Source: Amoebidium appalachense (Eukaryota; Protista; Ichthyosporea). Taken from it: a DNA stretch of 64,000 nucleotides. Both the position numbers and the translations under genes were made by a program. Where the stretch lies: positions 5,604,310-5,668,309 of the forward strand of contig CAVNZM010000008.1 in NCBI GenBank assembly GCA_963693365.1, written 5' to 3'. Below, in pieces: positions 1 to 13,468 of this stretch. Below the pieces are notes generated by a model that did no database searches, was not told where the DNA came from, and worked only from the letters and a program-made list of their open reading frames with translations. Every line of letters begins with the position of its first letter. The stretch's first letter is position 1.

Positions 1-551
1 CGGGACCTTTTTCTCCTCGCTTGATTTTGAAAGGAAAGACAGTGTAAAACTTACACACACAAAGAGGAGGGAAAGGTGGGTCTTTATGACCGCCGTATGA
101 GAAAAGATGAGAGAATTGTCAACGCTACAGGCGGCGTTTGTCGCGCTGATTTACACAGGTACACAGTCACGCCTGCAATATCTTTCAGGTCAATGATTGT
201 ATCGTGGTTTGACTTAGAGAAGGCTGTGGCGAAATGCCGATGTGATGCAATGCCTTTGTATCAGAAAGCTGTCATACATCATCCACATAATCAGAACACG
301 TCAGCAAAGACGCTGTCACACGCACACACAATTACACACGCTGCTTGAAAGGAAGGAGCACATTGTCAACACACACCTAGCCCTCCCCGAATCTATACCC
401 AGCCCCTCCTTCTTACCACCGAAGCCAGCATACGCACGAACACAGCCATACACACACAAGTTGGAAAACACACAGCAAACACAAAAGAACAGCCCGCCCA
501 ATTTAGAAACAAAACAAAACACGAAATGAAAAAAAGTGAGAAGTAAATAAG

Positions 552-619
<68 letters not shown>

Positions 620-736
620 AAAAGCAAAAAAAACAAACAAAAAAAAAACAAAAAAAACCCCTCTTTCTGGCGAGAAACAACAAGTCTCAGCGTCCTTCCC
701 CGCCTTCCCCTTCTCCTCCCCCTCCCTCCCCCCCCC

Positions 737-770
<34 letters not shown>

Positions 771-840
771 CCCCTCTCTCTCTCTCTTCCTCCTCACCCC
801 ATAGTTTCCAACCCCACTCACACCAACTTATCCCCAACAG

Positions 841-883
841 CCAGTTTTACTGCCGGGCTCTCCTCTCCGGCTCTAAGAGGTCG

Positions 884-916
<33 letters not shown>

Positions 917-1457
917 GCTCACACACACACACACAGAAACACTTGGTTGACAACGTGCTTGTATTACCCACCACACAGCAGTGGGGAGCAGTGGCGGAAG
1001 GGGGTGGGGGGGGTGGGGTGGGGGAAGAAGGGGGGAGGGGGGAAGGGGGAGGATGTATGAGAGGAGTGAGGGGGGACGTGAGTGAAGGGCATGAAGAGGG
1101 GGGGGGGGGGGGGAAGGGGGGGGGGGGGGGGAGAGAGAAAGGGGAGAGGGAGAGATGAGAAATGGAGAGAATAACTCAAGTTTAAGGTGGTCAACCGTTT
1201 CTTTTTTCTGATCGAGTACTGGAATTCCGAAACAGCTTCTCGAAACCTCATTTTTCGCGGTTCTTTTTTCATGTCTTATGTTATGACCCTCTAATTGTAT
1301 CGCTCTGTGGTTTTTTTTTTTTTCGGTGATGTTTACAGTTACTCTGTTGTATTCTTCGTTCACGGATGGCGATTTTTTTCGGATGTTTTCCAACCGTAGT
1401 GTCTTTTTGTGAGGGGAGATCTGGAACTTCAAGGGGTGAGGGATGGGTGTTTTTTCT

Positions 1458-1488
<31 letters not shown>

Positions 1489-2163
1489 GGAGGGGAGGAA
1501 GAAGGGGGGGGGGGGGGGGGAGGGGGGGGGGGGGAGGGTGAGTTGGCGGATGAGTGGGATGGGGTGGGAGGAGGGGGGGGGGGGGGGGGGTGGAGGAGTG
1601 GGGAATTTGGGAGGCAAAAAAGGATTGAATGCTGCTCATGGCCGGTCAAGGTTTTCCATGTTTTGTTTTTTTTTGTTTTTTTTTGTGTGTGTGTTTGTGT
1701 GTGTGAGAAAGGCCAGGGGGGGGGGGGGGGGGGGGGATGTCAGGGCTACCTGTGCTTGGGAGGGGACACCGGAGGAAGGGAGGGAGGGGAAAACGGGGGG
1801 GGGGGGGGGGGGGGGGGGGGGATTTCACTTAACACACGAGATTGCTGTATCTTTGATGTAATGATCATGTGGGTGTATGTGCACAATACACACTTCGTTG
1901 TGTTGGTGCACACGGAGTCGAATTGCACACGAACTTATATTCTATTGCATGACATGTTTTTTTTTTTTTCTTTTTTTTTTTTCTTTTTTTGTTTGTTTTT
2001 TTTTTGCTTTTTTGCTTTTTTGTTTATATCTGTAAACTATTTCGCAAGAAACACATTAAAAAATCAGTAGGGGTCTGAACGGTGCCCTCCATCCCCGGAG
2101 AAGGGGCGGAAGAGAGAGAGGGGGGGGGGGGGGGGGGGGGGGGGGAAGGATATGATATTTAGT

Positions 2164-2194
<31 letters not shown>

Positions 2195-2555
2195 CATACC
2201 TAATACTTCCTGTCATACCAGTATACTAACTCATTTCTCTTCCCCACACTCTCTCTTTCTATACCCCCCCCCCCCCCCCCCCCCCCCCCCGCCCCATCCC
2301 TCCCTTTACCCTTATATCCCCCCCCCCCCCCCCCCCCGCCCCCAATCCCTCCCACACGTCCCTTCCCCCAACCTCCCACCCGCTTCCTCCCCTTCCCCTT
2401 CCCCTCCCCTCCTCCGCCTCCCCCTTCTTCCACTTCCCCCTTCCCCCCATCCCCCCCCCCCTCCCTCCACTTCCCCTTCCCCCTGGCCCTCCCCCATCCT
2501 CCCCTCCCCACCATTCCCTAAATTCCCCAAAACCGAACCCCATGCACCTGTAAAA

Positions 2556-2639
<84 letters not shown>

Positions 2640-2987
2640 CACACACACGCAGTCGAAGCTCTTAAGCACGGGTTCACCCCAGACCAAGACATACCGCTAC
2701 ACCACGAAATTCAACCCCGGGGTACGCATATATGCGAAACGAAAACCTTCTACGTGTGCGAGAGGGAGATGGATGCGTGTTCGGACCCTGTCTCGTTTTT
2801 GAAATTTCACGCTCATTGCAAGTGTAAGAGGGTCACTGAGTGTGCGATTTTGAGGTGCTTGTGTGGAAATGTAAGTTATAATCCTTTAAGAGCCCCCTCC
2901 CCCCTCCCCCTTCCCAGCTCGGCTTACTTACCCTTTCCCCCCCCCCCCCTCCCCCCTCCCCCCGGCCTCTTTCCGATATATGTCGTG

Positions 2988-3067
<80 letters not shown>

Positions 3068-3070
3068 ACA

Positions 3071-3117
<47 letters not shown>

Positions 3118-3244
3118 TCGTGCTTGTGGAGAAACGGAAGAGATCATCTTTCAACCTTACACCCCCCCCACCCCCCCACCCCCCCCCCCCCCCCCCTTGG
3201 CCCTCTCCCTATGCCTCCATCACCCCGTACCCCTTCCCACCTCT

Positions 3245-3296
<52 letters not shown>

Positions 3297-4123
3297 ACAC
3301 ACCTCGAGGGTGCAGGCCACCATGTGTTTGCTGGTAGTACATGTTCTGCATGTGTTTTTTTTTTTTGTTTTGCCCTCTTTAATTTTGTTTTTGTTTTTGT
3401 TCGTGAGAGTTGGTTTATTTTTTCTTATTTTTTATTTATTTTTATTTTAATTTTAATTTTTTTGGGGGGGGGAAGGGGGGTGGAGGGGGGACGGGGGAAG
3501 GTGGGGAGGGGGGACGGGGGGGGGGTTGGGGGGGGGGTCATTGGGAATTATGCCCTGTCGTGTCTGGTTTGGGTGTCACATCCAATACATGTGATACAAA
3601 AAAGAAGTGTAAACATCCACCTTCGACTGACACCGCATCAAGATTGCCAGATCATAACTTTAAAATTTTAACTAACCAATCACGCTGCAGTATGCATCCA
3701 CCGACCGTGACCCAAAGTGGACGAACGACGTGTGCCAAAACAAATGCACCACCCCCGATGTATGTGTCATCCCCTCCCCCCTCCCCTCCCCCTATTACCT
3801 TCCCTCTCCCTCCCATCGCAACCCCCTCCCCCCAACCCCCCCTCCCCCTCCACCTCCCGCCCCTTCCGTTTGCACTTCGCATTGTGTTATTCGTTATAAA
3901 TGCATACTTTGTTTCTTCTAACCGCCGCATTCTAGGCCCCCCCCCCCCCCCTCCCCCCCCCTCCGCCACACACACACACACACACACTCACTACTAGGCA
4001 CACACGCGGTAACTAACAAACACACATACTGTGCGATACACAAGCACATCTTACGTAAGGACACCATCCGGACCCCGCAACTGCTTAATGTGCACACAAT
4101 AGACGTACGCACATACTGATAAC

Positions 4124-4154
<31 letters not shown>

Positions 4155-4171
4155 GCACATATTGTTAACCT

Positions 4172-4217
<46 letters not shown>

Positions 4218-4501
4218 CACATACTGACAACCTAGACACACACACACATACTCTAACGGACTCATACCCGAGCACACATTCTCTAACACACAAGTACGCA
4301 TGCAGTCATCATAAACACACTCTAGTAAGCTTATTCATTTGTTTTCCGCACGGCGCTCTGGCGCATCCAAAGTACAACTCCTCATTTCATTTTGGCATAC
4401 GCGAATCACAAAACTTTATGGATATTATTGTGTTGTAGTTTGTATTTATCACACATAAGGGAACCGTGGTGACTTTCTTGTCGGTTTTAGGACTGATAAA
4501 T

Positions 4502-4551
<50 letters not shown>

Positions 4552-4621
4552 TGGGACGGTATAATGATGTTGTGCGTGTTTGTATGAGGTAAGAGCAGGT
4601 GAAGGTAGCATCGGGTTTTTT

Positions 4622-4679
<58 letters not shown>

Positions 4680-4825
4680 GGGGGGGGGGAGGTGGAGGGG
4701 AGGGGGGGAGGGAGGGGGGGGGGGGGCGAGAGAGAGAGAGAGGGGGGGGGGGGGGGGGAAGGGGAAGTATGAGCGGATAGTTTGTGTGTGTGTTTATTTT
4801 TTTCCTTTGGGAGATGGGGAAGAAG

Positions 4826-4866
<41 letters not shown>

Positions 4867-5052
4867 GCTTGAAGTGTGGCAAAGTTAAGCAGATGCTGCT
4901 TCTTTTCTATTCGGAAGCTGAAACTCTACCGTTAGGCAACCCCCCTCTCCCCCTCCCCCCCCCCCAACTAACCAACCTCACCCCAATTCTGCCTGGAAGG
5001 AGGGGGGAGGGGGGGGAAAGGGGGGTTACGGGAAGTGGAAATGCACGTCGAT

Positions 5053-5128
<76 letters not shown>

Positions 5129-5209
5129 TGAGGCATGCACCTTCTTTAAGCACACACGTACACCCTACCCTTCCTCCCCCCCCCCCCCCCCCCCCACCTC
5201 AAACACACT

Positions 5210-5248
<39 letters not shown>

Positions 5249-8200
5249 ACAAGCATGTAGGTTTTGGGGCAAGCATTCATACAAGCATACACTTGCCCCT
5301 CTACCCCCCCCCCCCCCCCCCCCTCCCCCTCCCCCCCCCCCGGGCCACCATCAACCCCCCCCCCCTCCCCCCCCCCCCCCCCCCCCCCCCCCCCCACACA
5401 CACACACAACCTTCTCGCCTGCCTCCCTCTCTCCCCCCCATTCCCCACCCACACAAACACGATAGCACAAAAACACACACTGATTAACCGACATTCAAAC
5501 AAACAGGCAAACGGCAGGTACAACTGCCCGGTGGAAAAATGCCGGTGCTTTCCTTTCAAGGACGTGCCTGTTTCGCAAAACAACAACATCATGTGCGAGA
5601 GCGTGTGGTACAGCAGAAATGGAATCGGGCACAACAGTTGGCACTTCCACACGTGCACAAAGTGGATCGCCAATCCGGCCAATAGGAACGAGACGATTAC
5701 CGATTCGTACTGCGATCGCAAATGCAGATCGGCCGATCCGTACTGCGTTTGCTCTCAGTGCATGTGCAAAGATTTATACGATCGCGATTGCTTGAACAAA
5801 CCTGTTGCCGTCCCCTGCACATCCAACCACCAAACCACCACCACCACCACCACAAGACGCCGCCCAACAACCACCACCACGCGCAAACCAACCACCGCCA
5901 AAGCCACCACCGCCACAAGGAAACCCATTACCAGCTCCACAACATGCACGCATAATCACACGCACCACACGTCTAAGCCCACCACCACAACCACCACCAC
6001 CAAGAAAACCACGACAAAAGAGACTCCGAGCGATGTTATCGTTACGGTGACGGTAACTTCCACTGTGATTCCTTGCACCACCACCACCACCCCGCCGCCG
6101 CCAAAAACCAGCACCACCACCACCACAACAACTATTACCCCTTGCACAACTAGTTCAAGTACAGGGCCATACACGACAACGGTGACGGTGACTGAGACGC
6201 ACTCGCACACGCACATACACGTGGACACGAGTGTAAGCACAACAACAGCTACTGTTAGCGATCTGATAACACAAACGATAACGGCTCCCGGAAAAACCGA
6301 CACCACTACCACCACCACCACTCTCCCGGGTCAGATTACAACGGTTGTTACTACTTCCTCTTACCCAGTTACCGAAACGAAAACGGACAAGTTAACGGAG
6401 GTAACATCCACCACCACCACCACTACCACCACCGAAACCAAAACGGATAAAACGACGGAAATCCAACCGGGCAAGACCGAAACCACAACTACCACTCTCC
6501 CCGCACAAATAACTGTGTCCACCACCGCTGTATCGTACGCAACAACGACCACGGTGTCAAAGATTACGGAGACGGAAACCTCTGTCACCACTGTTCCCAC
6601 CACCGAAACGACCGTTGTCACTTCTGTAACTACTTCCGAGATCCACAAAACCACCACCGAAACAGTGCCCACCACCGCTACCTCGGTCACTGTCACTACT
6701 GAAACTGTGTCCACCACCGCGGTTTCGTATGCAACCACCACAACGGTGTCGGAGGTTACCACAACGGCAACCGCAACATCAGTCACAACCGAAACGAGTG
6801 TGACCACACAAACTGTGCCCACAACAACAACTTTTGTTTCCATTTCAGTTGAAACTTCTGTAACCACGGTCCTCACAACCGCCACATTAATTACCGTTAC
6901 TACTGAAACTGTGTCCACCACCGCAGTTTCGTATGCCACTACCACCACAGTATCGGGGGTTACCACAACGGCAACGTCAGTCACCACCGCAACGGATGTG
7001 ACTACTGCAACCGTCTCCACCACCGCAACCTCCGTCGTGACTTCTGTTACCACGTCTGAAGTCCACACGACGACAACTGAGACCAGTATGGTTACACAGA
7101 CGGTGCCCACAATAACCACTTTCGTTTCCATTTCAGTTGAAACGTCTGTGACTACAGTCCCCACTACCGAAACCTCAGTTAAGGTCACTACAGAAACAGT
7201 GTCTACCACCGTGTCGTATGCCACAACCACCACGGTTTCAAAGGTTACGGCGACGGAAACCTCTGTCACGACTGTTCCCACCACAGAAACGACCGTTGTG
7301 ACTTCTGTAACTACTTCCGAGGTTTACGAAACCACAACCGAAACTGTGTCCACCACAGCAGTTTCGTATGCAACCACCACCACAGTATCGGAGGTCACGA
7401 CAACAGCAACGGCAACTTCAGTCACAACCGAGACTAGCGTGACCACACAAACCGTGCCCACAACCACCACTTCTGTGTCCGTATCAATTGAAACTTCCGT
7501 AACCACGGTTCCAACTACTGCCACCTCAATCATTGTCACTACAGAAACACTGCCCACCACTGCTACGTCTAGTACCGTGACAACGGCTACTGTGTCCACC
7601 ACGGCAGTTTCGTATGCAACCACCACCACTGTGTCGGAGGTTACTACAACGGCAACTTCGGTGACCACCGCAACATCGGTTGAAACGTCAGTTACTACTG
7701 CAACATCGGTTGAAACTTCGACTGTGACCTCTGAGATTCACAAAACGACAACTGAAACCAGTGTTACCACACAGACGGTGCCCACAACCACCACCTCGGT
7801 CTCTATTTCCGTTGAAACGTCCGTTACAGTAACAACAGTTCCCACTACCGCTACCTTGATCACCGTCACCACCGAAACGGTGTCCACCACGGCAGTTTCT
7901 TATGCAACCACCACCACGGTGTCGGAGGTTACCACAACGGCAACCGCAACATCAGTCACAACTGAGACTAGCGTGACCACACAGACAGTGCCCACAACAA
8001 CAACTTCTGTTTCCATTTCAGTCGAAACTTCTGTAACCACAGTCCCAACAACCGCGACCTCAATCACCGTCACTACTGAAACTGTGTCCACCACAGCAGT
8101 GTCGTATGCAACCACCACAACGGTGTCTCGGGTCACTGAGACATCCGTCACCACGGCCACAGATGTTACAACTGAAACGGCAACAACCACCGCCACGGCA

Positions 8201-11117
8201 GTAACGACGGAGACCGTGCCCACCACCGCTACGACCATTGTAACTTCAGTGACTATCTCTGAGGTCCACAAGACAACAACAGAGACCGTTTCCACCACTG
8301 CAGTGTCGTATGCAACCACCACCACGGTGTCCAAGGTCACTGAGACAGCAACATCTGTCACCATGGCCACTACCACCGCCACTTCTGTAGCAACTTCAGT
8401 GACCACTGCCACAGACACTACAACTGCAACGGCGACAACCACGGCGACCTCCGTTTCAACGACAGCGACCACTGAAACGGCGACATCCATCACCACAACC
8501 ACAGCCGTTACAACTGCAACTTCAACTGCGACGGCAACTACCACGGCCACATCTGTATCAATAGTGACGGATCGCATCACCGTTACCATCCCGCCGACAA
8601 CAGTCACCGCCGTGACGACCCAGTTTTTGACGGTGCCAACGACGCAAACCGTCGTTACGACAACCGTTTTGGTCGCAAAAGAGACACTTTCTTCGACGAT
8701 AACGGCAACGGCTACATCGACGGAGAAAACTACGTTGTCAACGACTGCAACTGTGACGGAGAAAACCACCGTACCAACAAAAGCAACATCCATCACAACC
8801 GTGTCTCAACCAACCACAACAACCGTAACAGCCGTATCCACAACAACAACTGTGTCTTCATCCGTTTCAACCACCACAGCAATCTCTACGTTTACTTCTG
8901 TGACCACCAACATGGCCACTGTACCTACAACCATCACCACCACCACCACAATACTCTCAACGGAGAGAACCACCGTGCCAACAACAGCAACATCCATCAC
9001 CACCGTGTCTCAACCAACCACAACAACCGTCACAGCCATATCTACAACGACAATTGTATCTTCGTCTGTGTCAACCACCACAGCTACCTCAACATTAATC
9101 TCCGCCACCACCACAATTTCTACCGAAAAGACAACTCTGTCTGTACCTACCACCACCACCACCACCACCACAATACTTTCAACGGACAGAACCACCGTGC
9201 CAACAACAGCAACATCCATCACCACCGTGCCCCAACCAACCACAACAACCATCATATCCGTATCAACAACAACAACTGTGTCTTCATCCGTTTCAACGGC
9301 CACACAAATATCGACATTCACTTCTATCACCACCCGTATATCCACGGCAATATCCACGGCAATACCTACCACCACCACATGCACCACCACCACCACTGCC
9401 AGTGTTTCCATATCAACCTCGCTGGCCACAGTTCCCACCACCGTGACCCTTACCGTCACCTCGACGACACCCACCACCACCACCACCGCCCCCGCCACCC
9501 ACAACCTGTCAGGCTCAAATCACGGGAGTGTATGCCCCCCCGGTGACGGCGTCCACCTGCGATAAGATTACGTACAAGATCGACGTGAATGCGGGGGCAG
9601 CAAATGATTTGAGTAATCTGGTGTGCACCGTTTTCGCCGAGGACGTCTCGTATTACGACGTCGTGGTGGATGTCTCGTGGCGTCTTTCCAACATTACCGT
9701 GCAGCCGTACGGCGCGAGAATAGTAACCAACGGAACATATATTAAGTGGACTCCCAACGGAAAGAAGTTCCCCGCGGACGGTAAGACCACCTACGCCGTC
9801 GAATACGTTAACGTATACCCGAAGGCCGCACGTACTATCGTCACGTTCAGCTTCATGCCGTCATCCACGCTCGCGCTCGGCAACAGCATTCCGCCAATGA
9901 ACATTTCGTGCACGTGGAGGGAAGGGAACACCGCATGCACCAAGGTATGCAACGAACCAATCAGCAGCTCAGTCAACGTCACGAGACTAAGCACCACGGG
10001 CCTTCTGGGGAGCAACAACACCATCTTTGGACCCATCCTTACATGGTACAACGTCTACACGGTGAAGGATTTCACTGGCGGCGCAAACGGGAACAGCGAC
10101 GTCGAAGGCGCTGTTATGACTGGCGGCAGTTTCAGGCCCACGGGCGGAATCTCAACATCCGACAAGTGGTACTGCGGTGGGATTGAAGGGGTCGACAAGG
10201 GGTCCTTCGCTGTCAAGTATGGCTACAAATCATGCATTGATCTCCGCCGTGACATTCCTTTCCTGTATTCGGTGGCCGCGAATCAGGACGTGAACATCCC
10301 CACAGGGTCGACTCTCGCGGCGTATGTCGGCGACGTCACATACGGAAACAACATCCAAACGACCGGGCAGGTCAATTGGAAGGCGTCAGACTGCAAGACA
10401 GACAACAGGCGCCCGTTCAACTTCTCCGAAGTCGAGACGTTTGCTCGCGACGTGAGCCAGTACTTATGGACTCTCAAACGCACGGGCGAGGTAAAGAGAA
10501 ACCCGTTTCCAACGGCGTTTGACTATGAGCTCGAGTTCTGCCCCAAAAACAATACGGTAGAAGTATTCTGGCTCGATTCTTCCATTCTTCCAGGCCATTG
10601 CGGAAAGCAGATTGGAGTGCGGCTCTTGCGCGGGCCGGGGACTAACTGCACCCTCGCGCCCAACACAACCATCATTATCAACGTCGTTCCGCGGGCGAAC
10701 GGCTCAGTGGATTTCACCACGACGCGCATGGCGGATTTCTTCCTCACAAACTACACCGGGCTCGGCGTCCCGGACAGGTGGATTATCGGGAGCACTATTT
10801 GGAACTTCTACAACACGACAGAAATCGTCGTTGATTCCAAGACAACGTGCACAGCAAACGGAAACACTTTCTACAACACGCAGACGACCTTAGGAAACAT
10901 TCTCGCGCTCGACGCTAAGTACGAAGCAGCTCAGGGCGGGCAAAAACACGACGGGCGGCTGTTTGTGTCGGAGTTTAAGTCGAAGCGGCAGATCAATATG
11001 CCCCCGCTTTACACGACGCCCGGCTGCCCGTCCGGGTACGAGTGCTGCCCTCCGAGACAGTATTGCTTGGGTGCGTGGTGCCCGTCGCCGACGGTGGCGT
11101 TTGATAGGGTGGTATGA
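841..11117 (+). CDS. Large secreted mucin-like adhesin (two Cys-rich modules, ~1200-aa Thr/Val stalk, DUF11-like Ig domain, choice-of-anchor-A / ice-binding-like adhesive domain, Cys-rich tail); 5' end not found
   Basis: Phase-compatible GT-AG exons 841-879, 937-1003, 2653-2721, 3691-3759 and 5507-11117 read QFYCRALLSGSKRNTWLTTCLYY...WTNDVCQNKCTTPD|ANGRYNCPVEKCRC. The track ORFs 5264-9565 and 9528-11117 join if one C is removed at 9470-9472 ([21 protein letters not shown]). C-terminal motifs YNVYTVKDFTG..NSDVEGAVMTGG, IIINV, TIWNFYNTTEI and GNILALDA..HDGRLF match my recollection of choice-of-anchor-A (TIGR04215 / pAdhesive_15). The first three small exons are less certain than the last two. 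Confidence 0.8.
6500..9480 (+). repeat. Coding Thr/Val/Ser tandem repeats of the adhesin stalk
   Basis: VSYATTTTVS occurs 9 times and TTVPT(T/K)ATSITTV(S/P)QPTTTT occurs 3 times. Synonymous codon variation between copies shows they are protein-level repeats. Confidence 0.9.
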
Positions 11118-11915
11118 TGGTAAAAAAAATCTATATTTTAGTTGGTTAGTTCATTGGTTGATTAATTCAATGATGTTTGATATATATAGTGCTTGGGCTT
11201 TTGGGGGGAACAAGGAGGGAGGGGGGGGGGGAGGGCGGATGAAGAGAAAAGCACCATGGGCTAAATGATCTCGTTGTGTGAATAGGTCATTATAGTGACC
11301 TTGCCTTTCAAATTGTAAATTTTAACGACCTTGTCCTATCGGACGCTGGCTATATGCCGTCTTGGGTGTTTCTTTCAAAGCCGTGCGTTTAGGGGTCAGA
11401 TGTTTAGGTACTGATATGGCTAAATTATTGAGGTTATCGCAAAGCGAATTTTCGAAAGTTGTTGCCAAAGTATGGTGAACTATAAAGTCATGTATGAAAG
11501 CGCAAAATTGGGATTGTTTCCCAAGATTCATAGAACGTTTCCTAGTACAGCACTTTTGCTCTTGATACTTTTTCTATTTATATTCTTATGATCAAAAATA
11601 GATTTGAATCATCACCGTATTCAGTTTCAACGCTGGTTTAGCAATTGATCAAAAGGAACAACGAAAAAAAACAAGCTTTTCCTATCTGTGCCAGCCTCCG
11701 GCCCCCCCCTCCCCCCCCCTTCCCCCCCCCCCCCCCCCCTCCCCCTCCACACACACGCACACCACCACCACCTAAAACCCCAAACCCCCCGGACACAGGC
11801 ACACATACAAACAAACGCTTGCAGTCGTGCACACACGATACACGAAAACAGAAACACACACACAGACAGGCACACACGCACATACACAAGAGTACGCACA
11901 CACACACAGGCTCGG

Positions 11916-11963
<48 letters not shown>

Positions 11964-11964
11964 C

Positions 11965-12039
<75 letters not shown>

Positions 12040-12099
12040 TCTCTCTCTCTCTACCTCCCCTCCCCCCCCCCCCCTCCCCACCCTCCTTTTCTCCCCCCC

Positions 12100-12490
12100 C
12101 CCCCCCCCCCCCTTCGTTCCTTCATCCCCCCCCCCCCCCCCCAACCCCATCCTTCCTTCCTCCCGCCCCCGCTTCGTTCCTTTCTCCCCCCCTCCCCCCC
12201 GCGCCCCTTTCTTCCTTTCTCCCCCTGTCCCCTCCTTCCCTTCCCCCCTCCCCCCCCCCTCCCCTTCCTTTCTTTACCACCCCCTTCCCCCCTCCGAGCC
12301 TCCCCTCCCCTCCTTCCTTCCCTTCCCCCCCCCCCCCCCCCCTCCGAGCCTCCCCTCCTCCCCTTCCTTCCTTCCTCCCCCCTCCCCTTCCTTTCTTCCT
12401 TCTTCCCCCCTCCTCCGAGCCTCCCCTCCCCCCCTTACTTCCTTCCTCCTCCCCCCTTCGAGCCTCCCCCCTCCCCTCTTTCCTTTCTCC
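12100..12490. repeat. Pyrimidine-rich minisatellite
   Basis: CCTCCGAGCCTCCCCTC-like units at about 12291, 12341, 12412 and 12456, embedded in C/T tracts. Confidence 0.7.
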
Positions 12491-12626
12491 CCTCCTTCCC
12501 CCCCCCCCCCCCCCACCTTCTGGCGTTCCTTGCCTGCAGTGCCTTACGTTGGATGAGAGGAAAATGGGGGCTGGTTACATGTGTAAGGCAGAGGCTTCGT
12601 TTAAACTTGAATGCAACTTTGAACGT

Positions 12627-12680
<54 letters not shown>

Positions 12681-13071
12681 CTGTCTCTCCTCGTGTGTCT
12701 GAACATGTGCCTCTTCCCCTCCTTTCACTCTCTCTCTCTATCATCCCCCCTCCCCCCCTACTCCCCACCCGACCCCTCTAACACCTCCCATTCCTCAAAA
12801 TGCACAAGCAGAAGCACCACAGTGCATACTGCTTCCCCCCCCCCCCCCCCCCCCCCCCCCTCCCCTCCCCTCCCCTTCCCCCCTCTTCCTTCCTCCCCCC
12901 TCCCCCCCCCCCCCCCCCCCCTCCTCCCCCCCCCCCCCCCCCCCCCGCCCCGATGCCCTGCCCCTCCACTCACTCCTCTCGTCCATCACCCGTGTGTAAG
13001 TACAATGGTGGTTGGTATAAGCAGAGAGGCATTTTGGAGGTGTTAAAGGTGGTGGTGGTGGTGGTGATGGT

Positions 13072-13113
<42 letters not shown>

Positions 13114-13354
13114 GCAAATTTGCTGTCGTGCAAGCAGACAAAAGTGCACACACGTGTATGCTCGTGAGGCCCTCCCCTTGTAACTGCACACACACAGTAT
13201 ACAGACAGATGTGATTTCCTACCAAACCAGGTGGGTGCACGTACACAGAAACACACTCACACACCTCTTTCAATCGTACCAGTTTCACACGCGCGTGCGC
13301 ACATGCACACACACACATATGCAGGCACACATACATGCACACACATACACACAT

Positions 13355-13468
<114 letters not shown>

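Noticed and set aside
1150-1440. Non-repetitive minus-strand reading frame (LKFQISPHKK...)
   Set aside because: No convincing splice sites or domain similarity; it lies inside a predicted plus-strand intron.
5956-9504. Val-rich minus-strand ORFs
   Set aside because: They are antisense shadows of the Thr-rich (ACN) adhesin exon.
9528-11117. Separate 529-aa gene or programmed frameshift
   Set aside because: It has a non-ATG start and no signal peptide, and its frame continues upstream through a poly-Pro linker. No slippery heptamer was seen, and similar homopolymer indels occur elsewhere in the window.
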